Shown: positions 36,422 to 49,764 of the stretch, one piece after another | Layout: each line of letters opens with the position of its first letter | How positions within the stretch are numbered: position 1 is the first letter of the stretch | Assembly (NCBI GenBank): GCA_951406725.2 | Contig: OX597816.1 | Span: 132,494,001 to 132,558,000, forward strand | Direction of reading: 5' to 3' | From: Octopus vulgaris | Lineage: Eukaryota | Length of the DNA: 64,000 nucleotides | Program-made: the position numbers and the translations under genes | The notes under the pieces: generated by a model | Databases searched by the model: none | Seen by the model: only the letters and a program-made list of their open reading frames with translations | What the model was told of the DNA's origin: nothing

Positions 36422-37675
36422 TTTAGTATTTTAGCTTAGCACTCTACTGTTTCTGTTGCTCAAAAAAAAAAAAAAAAAAAAACCATTAGCACAAACCTAC
36501 AAATTTGTACTGAATCAATACTAGTACATACCTGGTGCTTGTTTTATCAACTATAAAGAAATGCAAAACAAAGTTAACCCTGACAAATTTTTGCTCATAT
36601 ATATCATGTATATCAAACTAAATATTGCAAGGAATTTAGTCAGGTACACTTCTGTTTCTGCAACTCTAACAACAACAACAATATTAAACAGACAGGTAGC
36701 CATTTGATGAACTGTAGCATTTTCTTTTTTGCATTGGATTGGTAATAAAGATACTCCAGCTTGTAACTGAAATTAGATCAGACTCCCTTTGCAAAATTTA
36801 ATCATCATATAATATAGTCCTTTCTAATGAATAAAATGGTATGTTGTTTATGTCTTTCTGAAAATGCTAAGGCTATTCTAAAAATGGTATGGCTCTATCT
36901 GAAACCTTTTATTGCATTTCATTATTTGTAATCAAAAACAATCAAATAAAAAAAACAATAAAACATTAAATTACATCTGTATGACAGATATGTCTGCACC
37001 AAATCTGTGAAGATTCCCTACATATAAACAACAACAAAAAGAGAAATGAGTGAGAAAAAACACTTGTATTGAAAATACTCAGAAATGTAAGGTTTTTCTC
37101 TTTTGTTTTTTTTGTAAATTCAAAATAAAATCTTCGCTTTTACTTTCAAAAACCAGTATATTCAATCTGTAAAGTTGCTTTGTTGAGAACTTACTGATAA
37201 ACTAATCAAGAATTTGTATTTGGAGGAAATATTTGCACTTTGAAAAATGTCTATAACCATACATGGATAATGATGGAATAGAGCTTAATTATGGGATAGG
37301 GATTTTACACAAGGGGCAAATCAATTGAGTAATATCTCTGAAGCACAAAAAAAAAAAAATTAAAAGAAAAAAGAAAAAAATGAAGAACTCAAAGGAGAAA
37401 GTTATTTGTCAAATTTAAAAGTATGTTCTCCCTTATTTACTGATGATGAATTCTATGTCATTTTCTTTTTAAAAGTCGTTTCATATTTTAAGTTAGTTAG
37501 CATGTTTGTGTATATTTTATATATGGATTTGAGTTTAGACTAAACTTTTCAAATATAATCAGGTACATGAGTCAATGATTTGTTGTAATTTAAATATCTG
37601 GTCCCACCAAAGGTAATGTCTTTTGAAAGTAGTTTACCATTTTATTCATGAATTCGGAATATTATATATATATCT

Positions 37676-37721
<46 letters not shown>

Positions 37722-37820
37722 CCAATTATTGAAAACCAACAGTTGATTTTCTGTTCACTCTACTTTCAAATTGAAACTGAAAACAAACCACCAGTAAACG
37801 AATGTTCGGTTATCAGTTCC

Positions 37821-38738
37821 TCAGGCCATAAATACAACAAATATAATGAAAAATACTATAAGAACACAGAAAATTTTGAGCATGAGCCATCTATTTGAAG
37901 AAACAGATTGAAAGTATTTCAATATCTCGCCGTGAGCCATTTCTATATTAAGCTCAGCATTGTCAACGTTTGAGTCGATCCTATTTACCATTTCTTCTTG
38001 TTCTTTTACCATTGTAGCAAGTCTTTGGAAAACAGTGCCTAATTCCACAATGGTAGATTCAATATTTTGCATTGTTTCTGCCCGGTTTCGAACGTAAGCA
38101 TCTTGTTCATCAATTAGTTGAATTTGGTCTTGATGTTGCCGTTGTGAAAAACTCATATCAATTGACAAGTCATTTGGTTTTGTCCGATCGGCTTCATCTT
38201 CGTTTAATAACACCGAACCCTCCCCAGACATGGTCGTAAGTGGGAAAACAGCTGATTGAGAGAACTGCTCACGGCGTGTTTTCTGTTGCTTTAAGTTTTC
38301 CGTACGTACTTCTAGGACTGTTTTGAATTCGTTAGACATTGTGGCCAATCTTGACTGCAGAGCGACCACCACCGAAGAAGAATGCGTTTGTTGGTGACGA
38401 CCATTATGATATTTTTGTGCTCGTGCTATTTCCTGCAACTCACCGATCTGTTTGTTTAAAGAACCGATATCTTGTTTTATAATAAACGTAAGATCTTGAA
38501 TTTCTGTGGGTTTGTCATCAAACAAGGATTTCCGTTTGGCTAATAAAGTAAGCTTTTCAAGTTTGGCGAAAGTATTAGCTAAATCTCGGCCGATGTACTT
38601 CGCCTTAACAGTAAACTCAGTTCGTTGTAGCTTACTTTTGGTAACTGGAGATCGTGATGTGACGACTGTGTTGTTTTGTCGCGACTGTATTGATTCAACT
38701 GCCGACAGAAACTCATTAGTTCGATCCCGACACGTCAT
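37821..38738 (-). CDS. STX5: Syntaxin-5 (Qa-SNARE, ER-Golgi), 305 aa, single coding exon
   Basis: ATG at 38738 (MTCRDRTNEF, the Sly1-binding RDRTxxF motif). Habc region FAKLEKLTLLAKRKSLFDDK..EIQDLTFIIKQDI. SNARE motif MQNIESTIVELGTVFQRLATMVKEQEE..RIDSNV. C-terminal TM NRWLMLKIFCVLIVFFIIFVVFMA, then TGA. Confidence 0.97.
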   Translation of the reverse strand: MTCRDRTNEFLSAVESIQSRQNNTVVTSRSPVTKSKLQRTEFTVKAKYIGRDLANTFAKLEKLTLLAKRKSLFDDKPTEIQDLTFIIKQDIGSLNKQIGELQEIARAQKYHNGRHQQTHSSSVVVALQSRLATMSNEFKTVLEVRTENLKQQKTRREQFSQSAVFPLTTMSGEGSVLLNEDEADRTKPNDLSIDMSFSQRQHQDQIQLIDEQDAYVRNRAETMQNIESTIVELGTVFQRLATMVKEQEEMVNRIDSNVDNAELNIEMAHGEILKYFQSVSSNRWLMLKIFCVLIVFFIIFVVFMA

Positions 38739-39021
38739 ACTTAGAAAGTTATTATTGGCAGTAAAAGAGAAATAGAGAAATATATAAAACAATTTGGTTG
38801 ACAGAATATGTTTTGAGAAAATTTTAAGGAAACAAACCTGTATCCTTGTATTTGAGTGAATAAAGAGGGTCCAAGCAAAATATGAATATCGCTCTACCAC
38901 AGTTCCCAAGACGCGGTTAGAAGTATGAATATAATCCGAATATTTTTATCATTTGATTTTGACACATCTTCTATGTAACATATGTAGAGCAGTATACAGG
39001 GATAATGTTGAAATGACTTAC

Positions 39022-39159
39022 GTATCCTGACAGTCTTTGCTTTATTTTACCACTTCTGTTTGATTCAAACAATTATCAGCTCCAAATGTAAAGATTGGTA
39101 ATTCAACTTATGTTATAAAATGTTAGAACAGCAGTCAACAACAAAAAAAAATTAACGAA
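39022..39159 (-). other. Putative 5'UTR exon of STX5
   Basis: Minus-strand acceptor TTCTTTTCAG ending at 39160 and consensus donor C|GTAAGT at 39021-39016. No transcript evidence. Confidence 0.35.
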
Positions 39160-39199
39160 CTGAAAAGAATAAATGTTTATAAAGTAAGTTATAAATCTG

Positions 39200-40700
39200 T
39201 CATAAGAAGTCGCATTTAGTAATCCATTTGTAGTTTAAACGTACACGTCATTTCAGACAGCTAGGTGAAATAATCTCCCTTGGTTACTCTTTAATACTTG
39301 AAAAGATTGATCGGAGTTATCTGCTCCTCGTAGTAACCGGGCGAGCAAACCTTTGTGGCTGTTCGTCTGGGTAGATTAACCACTGTAATTTTTAATGACA
39401 CCGATAGGGGATAAGGATATAAATATGTAATATACAACCACTTTTAAGTAACTCATGAAAATAAATGTAAATAAATTAAAAGCTTAATGTCTTTTCCTAA
39501 TTTAAAAGCATTCTGTTTTCTTTTTCAAACAAGGTCTGACGGAAACTTGACAAAGTTTAGAATGCTGTTAATTTCAAACCATCTTTTCAAAATCACTTTT
39601 TAATTCATTACAAATTTTAAACTGCGTCATCAAATAACACATCAATATTATCATTCGCCTTTTTTTTTTTATTTTTAGAAATTGTGTATATTTTGCATTG
39701 TCAAGCAATTTCATTAATAATCTAAACAAATATGTAAACGGTTCAGTCTAGAAAATACACATATGTTTGTGGAATTGTACTTTGTTGTTAAATGTGAATT
39801 TGACGACTTTATTTCAATACATATTAGTTAATATAACTTGGAAAATAAAGTCTGATCAAGGCAAGTTATGAAGACTTCGGACCATAGTTATTTGCCCTTG
39901 ACAGTAGACTTCTTCTGTCATAGCAGACAAAATGTAATGGCCGCCAATCGTACATGGTTATGGCATTGAATTGATGGTAAGTTCCTTCACTTTCTTTATC
40001 CCCTTTTTATACAATAATGCACTTGCCAAATATACTGCAGCTGTTGAATAACTGTTCATAGTCATCATGCGTATTCAGTTTCTCTATCGATAAAAAGTAA
40101 TTTTGAAATATGATATTGATTTTTCATTTTTTTTGTTTTTTGTTATCGTTTCTACTCCCCCTTCACACATTTACAGTCTCTTCATCTTGCTTCGTTTTTC
40201 TTCTTTAATACATTTTTTATTTCTTAGTAGATTTATTTCTGGAGTAAATACTAAGTTTTCATGTGATTTAGGATGATTTCAAACAGAGTTGAAACTGTTG
40301 GCTCTTGTAACCATCTGTTGTTGGGAAGTATGTACTTGCAATGACGGTTATAACTCTTGTTGTTTAGAGTAGCAACAACATTCTTGTTGGGCGCCACCTA
40401 TTTTGTTATCATTGCCCGTTTATACTCTCAAAATCAACAACCTTAGCACCAGTCAAATGTTTTGGCTAAAAATTTTTAGTCTTAGTAAGCCATGCAAAAC
40501 GCATATTCGAATGTGTTGACTACGTCGCACTTGAAACTCTGACACATCTGTCCCTCCCCGAGATCGAAGTCTAGTAAATATGATTTCCTTTGATTGACTG
40601 TTTTTTTTAAACTTGATCTTTTATTAAACAGCAGCGATGAGTCTGAGTTGGGTCCTAATCAACCCACCGATGTCCATGTAATCGGGACTTCGATTTAATA
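39200..40700. promoter_or_regulatory. Putative bidirectional promoter region between STX5 (-) and RALGAPB (+)
   Basis: Largely TE-free, CpG-retaining interval between divergently oriented genes. AATGGCCGCC (YY1-like) at about 39936 and a plus-strand donor ATG|GTAAGT at 39977. Confidence 0.45.
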
Positions 40701-42369
40701 TTTTAGATAAAGCACTGTGCAACAAATTGTTTATTAATTACTCCTATGAATAAACATTTATTTTGGGTTTTATATAAACTTTCAGTGTTTCTTTCGTTTC
40801 CACTTATATAGCTTGAATTGTGGGAGTTCTGCATCTTAATTTTTTTGTTTTTGTTTTTAATTAGAACTATTAAGGATTTGAAAGCAATTAGTTTTCACTG
40901 TTAATAATTACTACACTGTTGTTTTACAACTTGTAGTGAGTACCACTCTTCATAACAAGTATTGTGTCATTATTTACGATATAATGTCTAACACAAGAAA
41001 GTTCTTCAAAACGAAACAAACTCAATTTTTATATCTGGCTATTCCAAATATATATATATTATAGATTATGATATATAAAAGTTAAAATGTGTTATTAAAA
41101 ATTTCATTAATAAAAACAATCCTGTCAACACCGACAAGGATCCAATGTGACCAGGACTCAACAACTTCAGTGTGTTGAGCAAATGAAAGGTGGATGAATT
41201 CTTCCTTGTTAATTCAGTTATCTAATCATCTTAGTTTATCAAAGTTAATTTTCCCAGAACAGCCTATCATCTAATTTCCTCAGTTTTGTGAACTGGGTGA
41301 ATATGAAATGAAGTTATACAGAAATAATCAAATGCTTGCAATAGATTTGAGCCCATGATACGTGGACTGGCTGTCCAGTATCTGTTCTACTGGATCCTTT
41401 CGCTATTATCGCCGTAATGACGAAAGTTTCGAACATCAGAATTAAATTCAGCTGTTGAAAGTGTTATCAACATATGGAAATTTCTGTTTTTTCACTATCT
41501 CCCCCAGTACGATGTCAGTAGAAGAAAAAAACCTACCAGTAATCCTTTTAAAGTTGATTTTTTAAATTCAAATATTAGTTTGACTCTAGCTGCAGCAAAT
41601 CGCTTACAAGTTCCTGGTAATTGGTATTATTAAATTGTTTGTATGATTTTAATTAACTTGCTATATTTCTGTCCTTCAATCTCTGCCTACCAGTAATAGT
41701 AGTATGTTATAAACCTTAGTATTTATCATTTATTCATAGATAAACATTGATAATTTCATTTTTAAAAGGAAAGCATTTTGGGCTGTTTTTTTTCCCTTCT
41801 TTTACATCTTCAATCAGTTCTTGACTATTCTCAAAATTAAACAAATGATTAAAAGATTTTGATCATTGCATTCCTTTACTATTTTGTTGAGATTTATCTG
41901 TTGGTAAGAGGTATCATGATTTTTAATTGTTTTTCTTGTTTTATACATTCAAACTGACAGGTGTTGTAGTTAACTAGCCCACATTTATCTTGTTAAGGGA
42001 AATTTTTGCCTAAATACTTGCATGAAACTGTAATACTATAGCTATTATATTATACTCTTCATTCAAAAATAGTCTGGTTGCTAATATGTTTATCTTTAAT
42101 TTTCTTTTTATGTATAAATTGTTTCACCTGTGTTGCTTGACATAAATTGTTGAAATCTCTGTGACATTTCAATTTACATGAAATAATTAGTGAAAGAGCA
42201 TAAACTTAAGACTAATAAATATCTTGGACAAAGCAGCATCAGTAGATTGCTTCACATAGAAGTAAAAACAAATTCTAACCTAACTGTGCTGATACCATCA
42301 TTATTCTACCATTTACAGTATTATTGTTGTTTAATAATCCTAGTAAAATGGTAGGTTAGAGATGGTGAT

Positions 42370-43022
42370 ACTGACATGAAGAGGTCAAGTATATGAACAT
42401 GGTGTGTTGGTCAGTAAATGTGTACCTGAAAGATATTGGTGTAATTGGGAAATACTTGAATCAGAAGATGACTGAAACATCAGTGCATGTTTTTGTTTCA
42501 TCATGGCTGGACAATGGAAATGCACTTCAGATCAGATGATTACAACTCATTCAAAATACTGTAAGTGTGAAGAGAAAGAAATTTGACCATACCTCCAAGT
42601 TCATGAGAGCTCTACAATGTAATGGCTCAATTTGCTGACAGTCAAAGCTGCACATGAGCTTGCTCCTCAATACATAAGTGAACTGTTTCAGCGGATAGAG
42701 TAAACTGTGTATCTAAGATCAAGTGGAATTGAATTACTCGTTATACCAGGCACTAAAATGATGTACTGAGGTGTTCAGGTTTTCTTTAAGTTGGTTTCAG
42801 CTATCTGGACTGAATTTCCTCTGTCTGTATGAATTGCGCCATTTATTTGTGTTGGCTTTCAGAACAGATTTGAAGACGTATCTTTTTAGGAAACACCAGT
42901 AGTGAACCATTTTCCAAAGTTTTATGTTTATATGTGTATATATGAATAGATGATAAGGACACCTATAAACATTTTCTTGTTTTCAAAGATTTATGGTACC
43001 ATATAAGTGCTTTATTATTATT
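42370..43022 (+). mobile_element. Decayed L2-clade LINE 3' end
   Basis: LKDIGVIGKYLNQKMTETSVHVFVSSWLDNGNAL, LQLIQNT..RKKFDH, HELAPQYISEL, LKTYLF, then a (TTA)n tail. Confidence 0.75.
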
Positions 43023-43029
43023 ATCATAA

Positions 43030-43230
43030 AGGTGGCGAACTAGCAAAGTCATTAGCACAACAAACAAAATGCTTAGCAGTATTTTGTCCATCTTTATGTT
43101 CTGAGTTCAAATTCTGCTGAGATTGACTTTGTCTTTTATTCTTTCAGGGTCAATGAAATATGTACCAGTCAAGTACTGGGGTTGATGTTATCAACTTGCC
43201 CCCTTCCTCTAAATTTCAAGTCTTGTGCCT
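43030..43230 (+). mobile_element. SINE family A copy
   Basis: AGGTGGCGAACTAGCAAAG head plus core. Confidence 0.75.
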
Positions 43231-46203
43231 CTATTTAACAATGATTATTATTTACCTACTGAAATGTTTAAAGTTTCCAAAGATATTCCATTTTGATTAG
43301 AATGTTTCCATAGATATTTTATTTTGGCCACTGTTCTGAATACAGTTGATCAAGGAAGTGACAAAACTGGAGATCACTTTTCTTTCTTTAGCTACAATGA
43401 TTCTTAAGAGTAGGATTAATTTCTAATTTTCTTATGATCATGTTGATTGAAGTAAATCTTCCCTAATTAGCTCTTTTACAATAGTTTAGATTTCTTGATG
43501 GACTACTTATTTCCCAGTTGGGTAAATTGAGCCAAAGTTGAGTGACTTTCAAAATACATCAATTTAGCATATGCAGGAAACTGAATTTTCAAGCTCATGA
43601 GCCTAGTATTCACAAATGTTGTCATTCTAGTCACACCAAGTTTATCTAAATGCAGTCATAGTGCACATGATTCTTTACATTCAGAAGTTTTATTCATTTC
43701 GGACCCAGTTACATTCAAGAATGTCAAAAGCCTGCAGTAATATTAGTGTAACAATGCCACAACACTATGAATGAACTGATTTAATGAACTGATTTAATTC
43801 AGAATGAACTGATTTAATTCCTTTTGCTATTCAAGAACAATGTAACATCACTCGTTATGTTTGTTCTTGTATCAGTTGTTCAAATCACAATCTTCATTCA
43901 TGGCCTGGAAAATCATTCAGACTTTAAGGAAATGATTCTTCATTTTATGCAGTATTGGTATTTGTGTTATTGTTTATTTGAATTGCAATAATATCGTACT
44001 GTTTGCACTTGAGAATCACATCTGTACTGTTTCCTACTTGAAATATAAATTTAGCTTGTTATGATTATCATTTCTTTTACATCAATGCCAAACTGAAGTT
44101 ACAGTTTCATAATAAATTGTTATTGGTGATTGTATTTGTCTGATCATCAAAGTAGATACACTAAGAATAATTTTTGAATGAGTGAGTGTTCTGTAATTGA
44201 AAAGTATGTGACTCCAGTATGTATTCATATAACCTTTACATGGTGAATATTAAAAATGCACTTTAACACAGTCTTTCTTTTGGTAATCTCATTTGATCCT
44301 GGATGCTATGAAGATCTTTCATAGTTTTACGTCTGATCTTATCATGCCATATACCCAGTTCACTATCCTGAAATCCCACGTTCCTAGACACCAATGTTTC
44401 TTGAATAACATTTCTGGGAAACACACTTCTTAATATCTGTTTCTGCTTTTCATTATTAACCCTTATTTCAAAGGCTGTGAATTATCAGAATCCTTAGGAC
44501 ACTTGGCAAAATGCTTAGTGGCTTTTCTTCTGGCTACACTCTGAGTTCAAATTCCACCAAGGTGCTTTTCATCTTTTTAAGATTAATAAAGTAAGTAGCA
44601 GTTAAATACTAGGGTTGATGTAATTGACTTACCCTGTCCCCTGAAATTACTGGCCTTGTGCCAAAATTTCATAATTCCATAATTGTTTACATAAGTGTTA
44701 TCTATATGCATATAGATCCATACTTTAATTTCTTTAGGCCATGTGTGCATTCTGTGAGGTTATTCCAGTTTTAGTCTAGCACACGTTGGACATCTTTTTA
44801 CATATTGCTCCTCATATAACTCTCATCAGACTGCCATACTTCTAATTTCAAGCAGTTCCTTCTTGTCATGGAGACAATGTATGCTATCATACACAGCATA
44901 ATTAAGGTTATCAAACTAGTTGGTGGAACAATTCCCTTTACTATCTTCAACAGTTAACTAAATTTGAATGGCTTTTCAACCACAGAACAATAACTCCAAT
45001 TATTAAAAAAAAAAAAACCCTTTTAGTTCACTAGATTAAATATCATAAGCATTCTTCAGTTGTATAATTACATTTTAGACCAAGATACCTGGTGCCTTGT
45101 TATGGCCAAGAAGACCCATCCTCCACTGCAGAATTGTTAATGCTGCTGCTCCTGCCTGTGGGCCCTATGTCAGTGTGACATAAAAAGTACCCATACTGGT
45201 ACCACATAAGGGCACCTATGCTGGTGCCATGTAAAAAGCACTCATCATACTGTAAAGTGGTTGGTGTTAGGAAGGGCATCCAGCCATAGAAACCCAGTCA
45301 AATCAGACTGGAACCTGCTCTGCTCAATCCATCCAATCTATGCCAGCATGGAAAGCAGATATTAAATGATGATGATGATGATAATCAATGTTTCAACAAG
45401 CTGAATGAAAGAATCTTCATCAGCACAATCATAGTTCCTTCAAACCAATATTAAGAAAGTTCAATTGTAACAATACATCAATATGTGATATTTGAGATCC
45501 CTTTACATATTTCATACTTTGAATGCTATTATTTGTAATTCCTATTTGAAAAAAAAAAAAAAATTGTCCTGATGTTATTTTTGGTAAACCACAGTTTTTG
45601 CCAAAAATATAGCCTATGATATGAAACTAATTTAAATTTCTGTCAATTAGAAAAAGCAAGGAAAAAAAACCATGCTTCTCAAGTACATCATACAATTGTC
45701 AAAGCTTCATTTTAAGTATTTAAGTATCTGACTTCAGCTGTGGTTAATACTCTTAAACAATATAATACAAAATGACCATCTTGTGAAAATAATCCTGAGC
45801 TTGAAAACGGAAACGTTTTAGGCACAGGTGTAGCTGTGTGGTAAGAAGGTTGCTTCCTAACCACATGGTTCCACATTCAATCCCACTGCATGGCACCTTG
45901 GGCAACTTCTACTATAGCCTCGGGCTGACCAAAGCCTTGTGAGTAGACTTGGTAGATGGAAACTGAAAGACGCCTGTCATATATATATATATATTATATA
46001 TTTATGTGTATGTCTTTGTGTCTGTCTGTCCCTCACTATTACTTCACAACTGGTGTTGGTGTGTTTACATCCCTGTAACATAGCACTTCAGCAAAAGAGA
46101 CTGGTGGAATAAGTACCAAACAACTTGGCAAGTGTCTTCTGCTATAGCCCCAAGCTGACCAAAGTCTTGTGAGTGGATTCAGTGGACAGAAATTGAAAGA
46201 AAC

Positions 46204-46254
<51 letters not shown>

Positions 46255-47254
46255 GTTGGTGATTGTCTTTAAAGAATGTCACCATCATAGAAGCAGTGTC
46301 CTTTTCCAGTTTTTGTGAAAACATCTCTGGACATGGAGAGGACTGGAGACACGAAGGGCATCCAGCTATAGAAAATCTGCCTCAATAAAGTTCATCTGAC
46401 TCGTGTGAGTGTTGGACATTAAAAATAATGGCAACAATGGTCTCACTGAATCTCACTGGGTTTTATATACCTGAATGCTTTCTGAAAAATAAAGCATCAA
46501 GTTTATGAAGTGCTGCAAGAGGTATTGTGGGGTTTTAATAATGATTACTAAATCTTTCATAGAAATTAACTGCTCTTTATTATTTTGTAGTTTTATATCC
46601 TAAGTTTTGTGAGTGGATTTAGTAAAGAGAAACTGAAAGAAGCCTCTCCCTTTCTCTATTCCTACTGCCTACCCAACCACGGCCACGTATCATCTCTCTC
46701 TTGTCCTCTCTTGTCAGTATATCACTGTTACTATACTGTTGCACTCCTCTCTCTTCAGCATCCTTCTACCTTCTTCAACTCATGCCTCATTGGTCATTCC
46801 CCACCTCTTATCCATTGCTCCTTATAATCACCTTTTGACTTTATAGATATAACCTACTTCCCCTTCCCTCTGCTATTCCCCCATCTCTTGCTCTTCCATA
46901 CACTCTCGAAAACCCTCACCCACCCATACTCTTAGTTCTTCCACCTTCACTCACTTCTACTCACCTTGTACTTTGAGGAGTCATCTGAATACCTCATTAC
47001 CACTATCTCTTTGCAGCTCTTACTGATCATTCTCACCTTCTCTTTGAAATGTGAGTGGCCACACAGCTTCTCTATGAGAACCTGCTCTGCCACCCCAACT
47101 TCTCTCATACTTTTAACCCCTCATATCCTAGCACAAAACCCCTGCTTTGGGTTTCATAGTCTTGCTAGATGCATGGCGGCCTCACTAATGCCAATGGCAT
47201 GTAAAAAGCTCCCAGTTCACTTTGTGAAGTGGTTGGCATTAGGAAAATAATTCA

Positions 47255-47655
47255 GGTGCAGACATCCTGTATGGTAAGAAGCTTGCTTCCCAACCACATG
47301 GTTCCGGGTTCAGTCCCACTGCATGGCACCTTAAGTAAGTGTCTTCTATTATACCTTTAGACTGACCAAAGCCTTGTGAGTGGATTTGGTAGACAGAAAC
47401 TGAAAGAAGCCCATCATATATATTTTGTATATATTTATGTATGTGTCTGTGTTTGTCCCCCCCACCATTGCTTGACAACTGATGTTGGTGTGTTTATGTC
47501 CCTGTAACTTTGCAGTTTGGCAAAAGAGACAGATAGAATAAGTACCAAGCTTACAAAGAATAAGACCTGGGGTCAGTTCCTTCAACTAAAACCCTTTAAG
47601 GTGGTGCTCCAGCATGGTCACAGTCAAATGGTTGAAATAAGCAGAAGAATAAAAG
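47255..47655 (+). mobile_element. SINE family B copy
   Basis: Collinear with 50883-51261. Confidence 0.85.
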
Positions 47656-48224
47656 AAAGAAAAGAATATCAGAAAATATGATGTCTCCTCCTACCCTGTA
47701 CACTTTGTAAAGAGATTGACATTTGAGCATGAGAATCGTAGGATCAAGAGAACACTTTAGACTTGTTAAGGATGTGTCAACTTCTCTAGTGCTGGTGTCA
47801 CATTAAATTGCACACACTACACTTTGTAAAGTTATTGGTGAATGAGAGGAAATATTGTAGGATCAGGGTCACCATCTAGTCTCATCTTGAGCTGGTACAA
47901 TGATAAAATTCATCCAGTACACTTTATTAAATGGTTGTCAATTGAGCAAGACATTATAGCATCAGGAAGGCCATATAGTATTGTCTTGCCAAGTACATGA
48001 CAACCTTGCTAGGTGCTGGTGCCATTATAAAATGTATCCAGTGCACACTGTTAAGTGGGTGGTGTGAAGATGGACATAGTAAATGTGCTAGAATGAAATG
48101 AACAGGTGAGATGTGGTCCCCCAACTATGCTTAAGAAGGCAGTAGTTCTGAATAAAAACTGGCATGAGTTTTGACAACTCATTCAAACTGTGCCAGCATA
48201 GAAAGAAAGTGAATAAGATGATGA

Positions 48225-49480
48225 TCTTCTCAACAAATTCACATCTACTTGGTATAGTCTCCACATATTTTGACAGGCCATTTGCTCCCTCTAGAAGAGC
48301 TTCATTTATAAATTTCCCTAGTTGTCTTCAAGCTTAAACTTTTCAAGTTAATGTTAAACTATTGACAATTCTTAGGTTCTTATCAAGCAAAGAAGGATTT
48401 ATTCACATTCAAAGACAGTGACGCTCTCAACTTGTATCTCTTATCAATTCTCCATCAAATTGTTTTAGTTTGGTATCACACTTTCTTAAAGATTGGTTTG
48501 TTCAAGTCTGTCCACACGTTCTGAAATATTAGAGTTATCTAGCTGCTATTATCATCTTGTATTTATTTTATTAACATTATTGAGTTTCACATTTGTCACT
48601 GAGTTGTTTTTTTTATGCCAATTTTATAGTGAAAGCTTGGCTTGTCAATCCTTTTCAGAAAAGTCACCACAGTGATAACTGACTTGTGGCAACCAAGTGC
48701 TCACAGCAACATCATTTTTTGATCCTTCAATGTCAACTCTTCATATCCTTGTGAAGAAGAATTTGAATTGTTCACTACAAAATTTTCCTCTTTCATTTTC
48801 TCAACTGAATTATAAAATGCACTACATCTTAATGGTGCATGCTTATATCTGCAAAAGTGACACATATAATCAGATTTATGCTTATTTCTATTAATGATAT
48901 CATTAAGATCATTTTTGCTTTCTATTTTTAACATTTCAATGATCTGAAATTTAAAAATTATTTTGAGTTGTTAGATGAATTCAATGAATGCACTAAGCTT
49001 TAGACTACTCATTTCTACATTTTCTAATACTTTCATACAATGTTTTCATGACTACGTGTCATGAGTTATTTGAAGCATATCAATCTCAGCTCTCTGTCCT
49101 TTAGTTCCAATTTTATCAAATTCTTAAAAAGCAAACTGACTCATGTAATCTTTCAGAATAACTTTGAATTAATTTGGTTAGGTTTTGATTTTGTGGTAAG
49201 AATCTGACCTTTTCAGAAATTAGCAATTTCTTTTGAGGATAAACTAATGACATTATCTCAGATCTTGTGCTGCTAAAATTCATTGTCAAGTTCCAGAGTT
49301 TCACCAAAACTTTTTGTATGACCATCATTTCTGCCTTAGATAAAAAATGAGTTATTTGTTTTTTGTCATTAGTATCCAGATCTTCCAATTTTGCCTGGCA
49401 GCAAACTGTAGCAGCCAAGCTTCTGTTACATCTGGGTCATTGAGTGGATGTTCATTGATACTATCCAGCAATGCCGTTAT
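48225..49480 (-). mobile_element. Decayed Ty3/Gypsy gag-pro-pol relic (in the inferred RALGAPB 5' intron)
   Basis: gag: EAWLLQFAAR...HFLSKA...PQKKLLISEKVRFL..Q..IQSYSERLHES. Knuckle-like CHFCRYKHAPLRC. Protease-region KRIDKP and DTKLKQFDG. RT-start ANG..ICGDY-like remnant. No LTRs recognised. Confidence 0.6.
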
Positions 49481-49764
49481 CATATTGTACAGAATTTATC
49501 CAAATATATTCATAGTTGCACATGAGTATGGATATTCAAAAGTTTTATTGAACTGAATAGTCAGGCTGCTGTATTGCACTTCTTATCCTTTTGCAGTCTT
49601 AGAATGCATAGGGCTTCAATGAATATTTGCCAAACACACTGACCTTGTGTCATTTTTCTTTACCCGTTCCTGCATTTTTCATCCACTTCCCATCACATTG
49701 TTTCCCCTCATGATTTTCACATGATTTTTCACTTGCTAGCATAGAAATAAAAAAAAAATTGATA

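Noticed and set aside
38506-38775. 89-aa plus-strand ORF
   Set aside because: Antisense shadow of the STX5 CDS.
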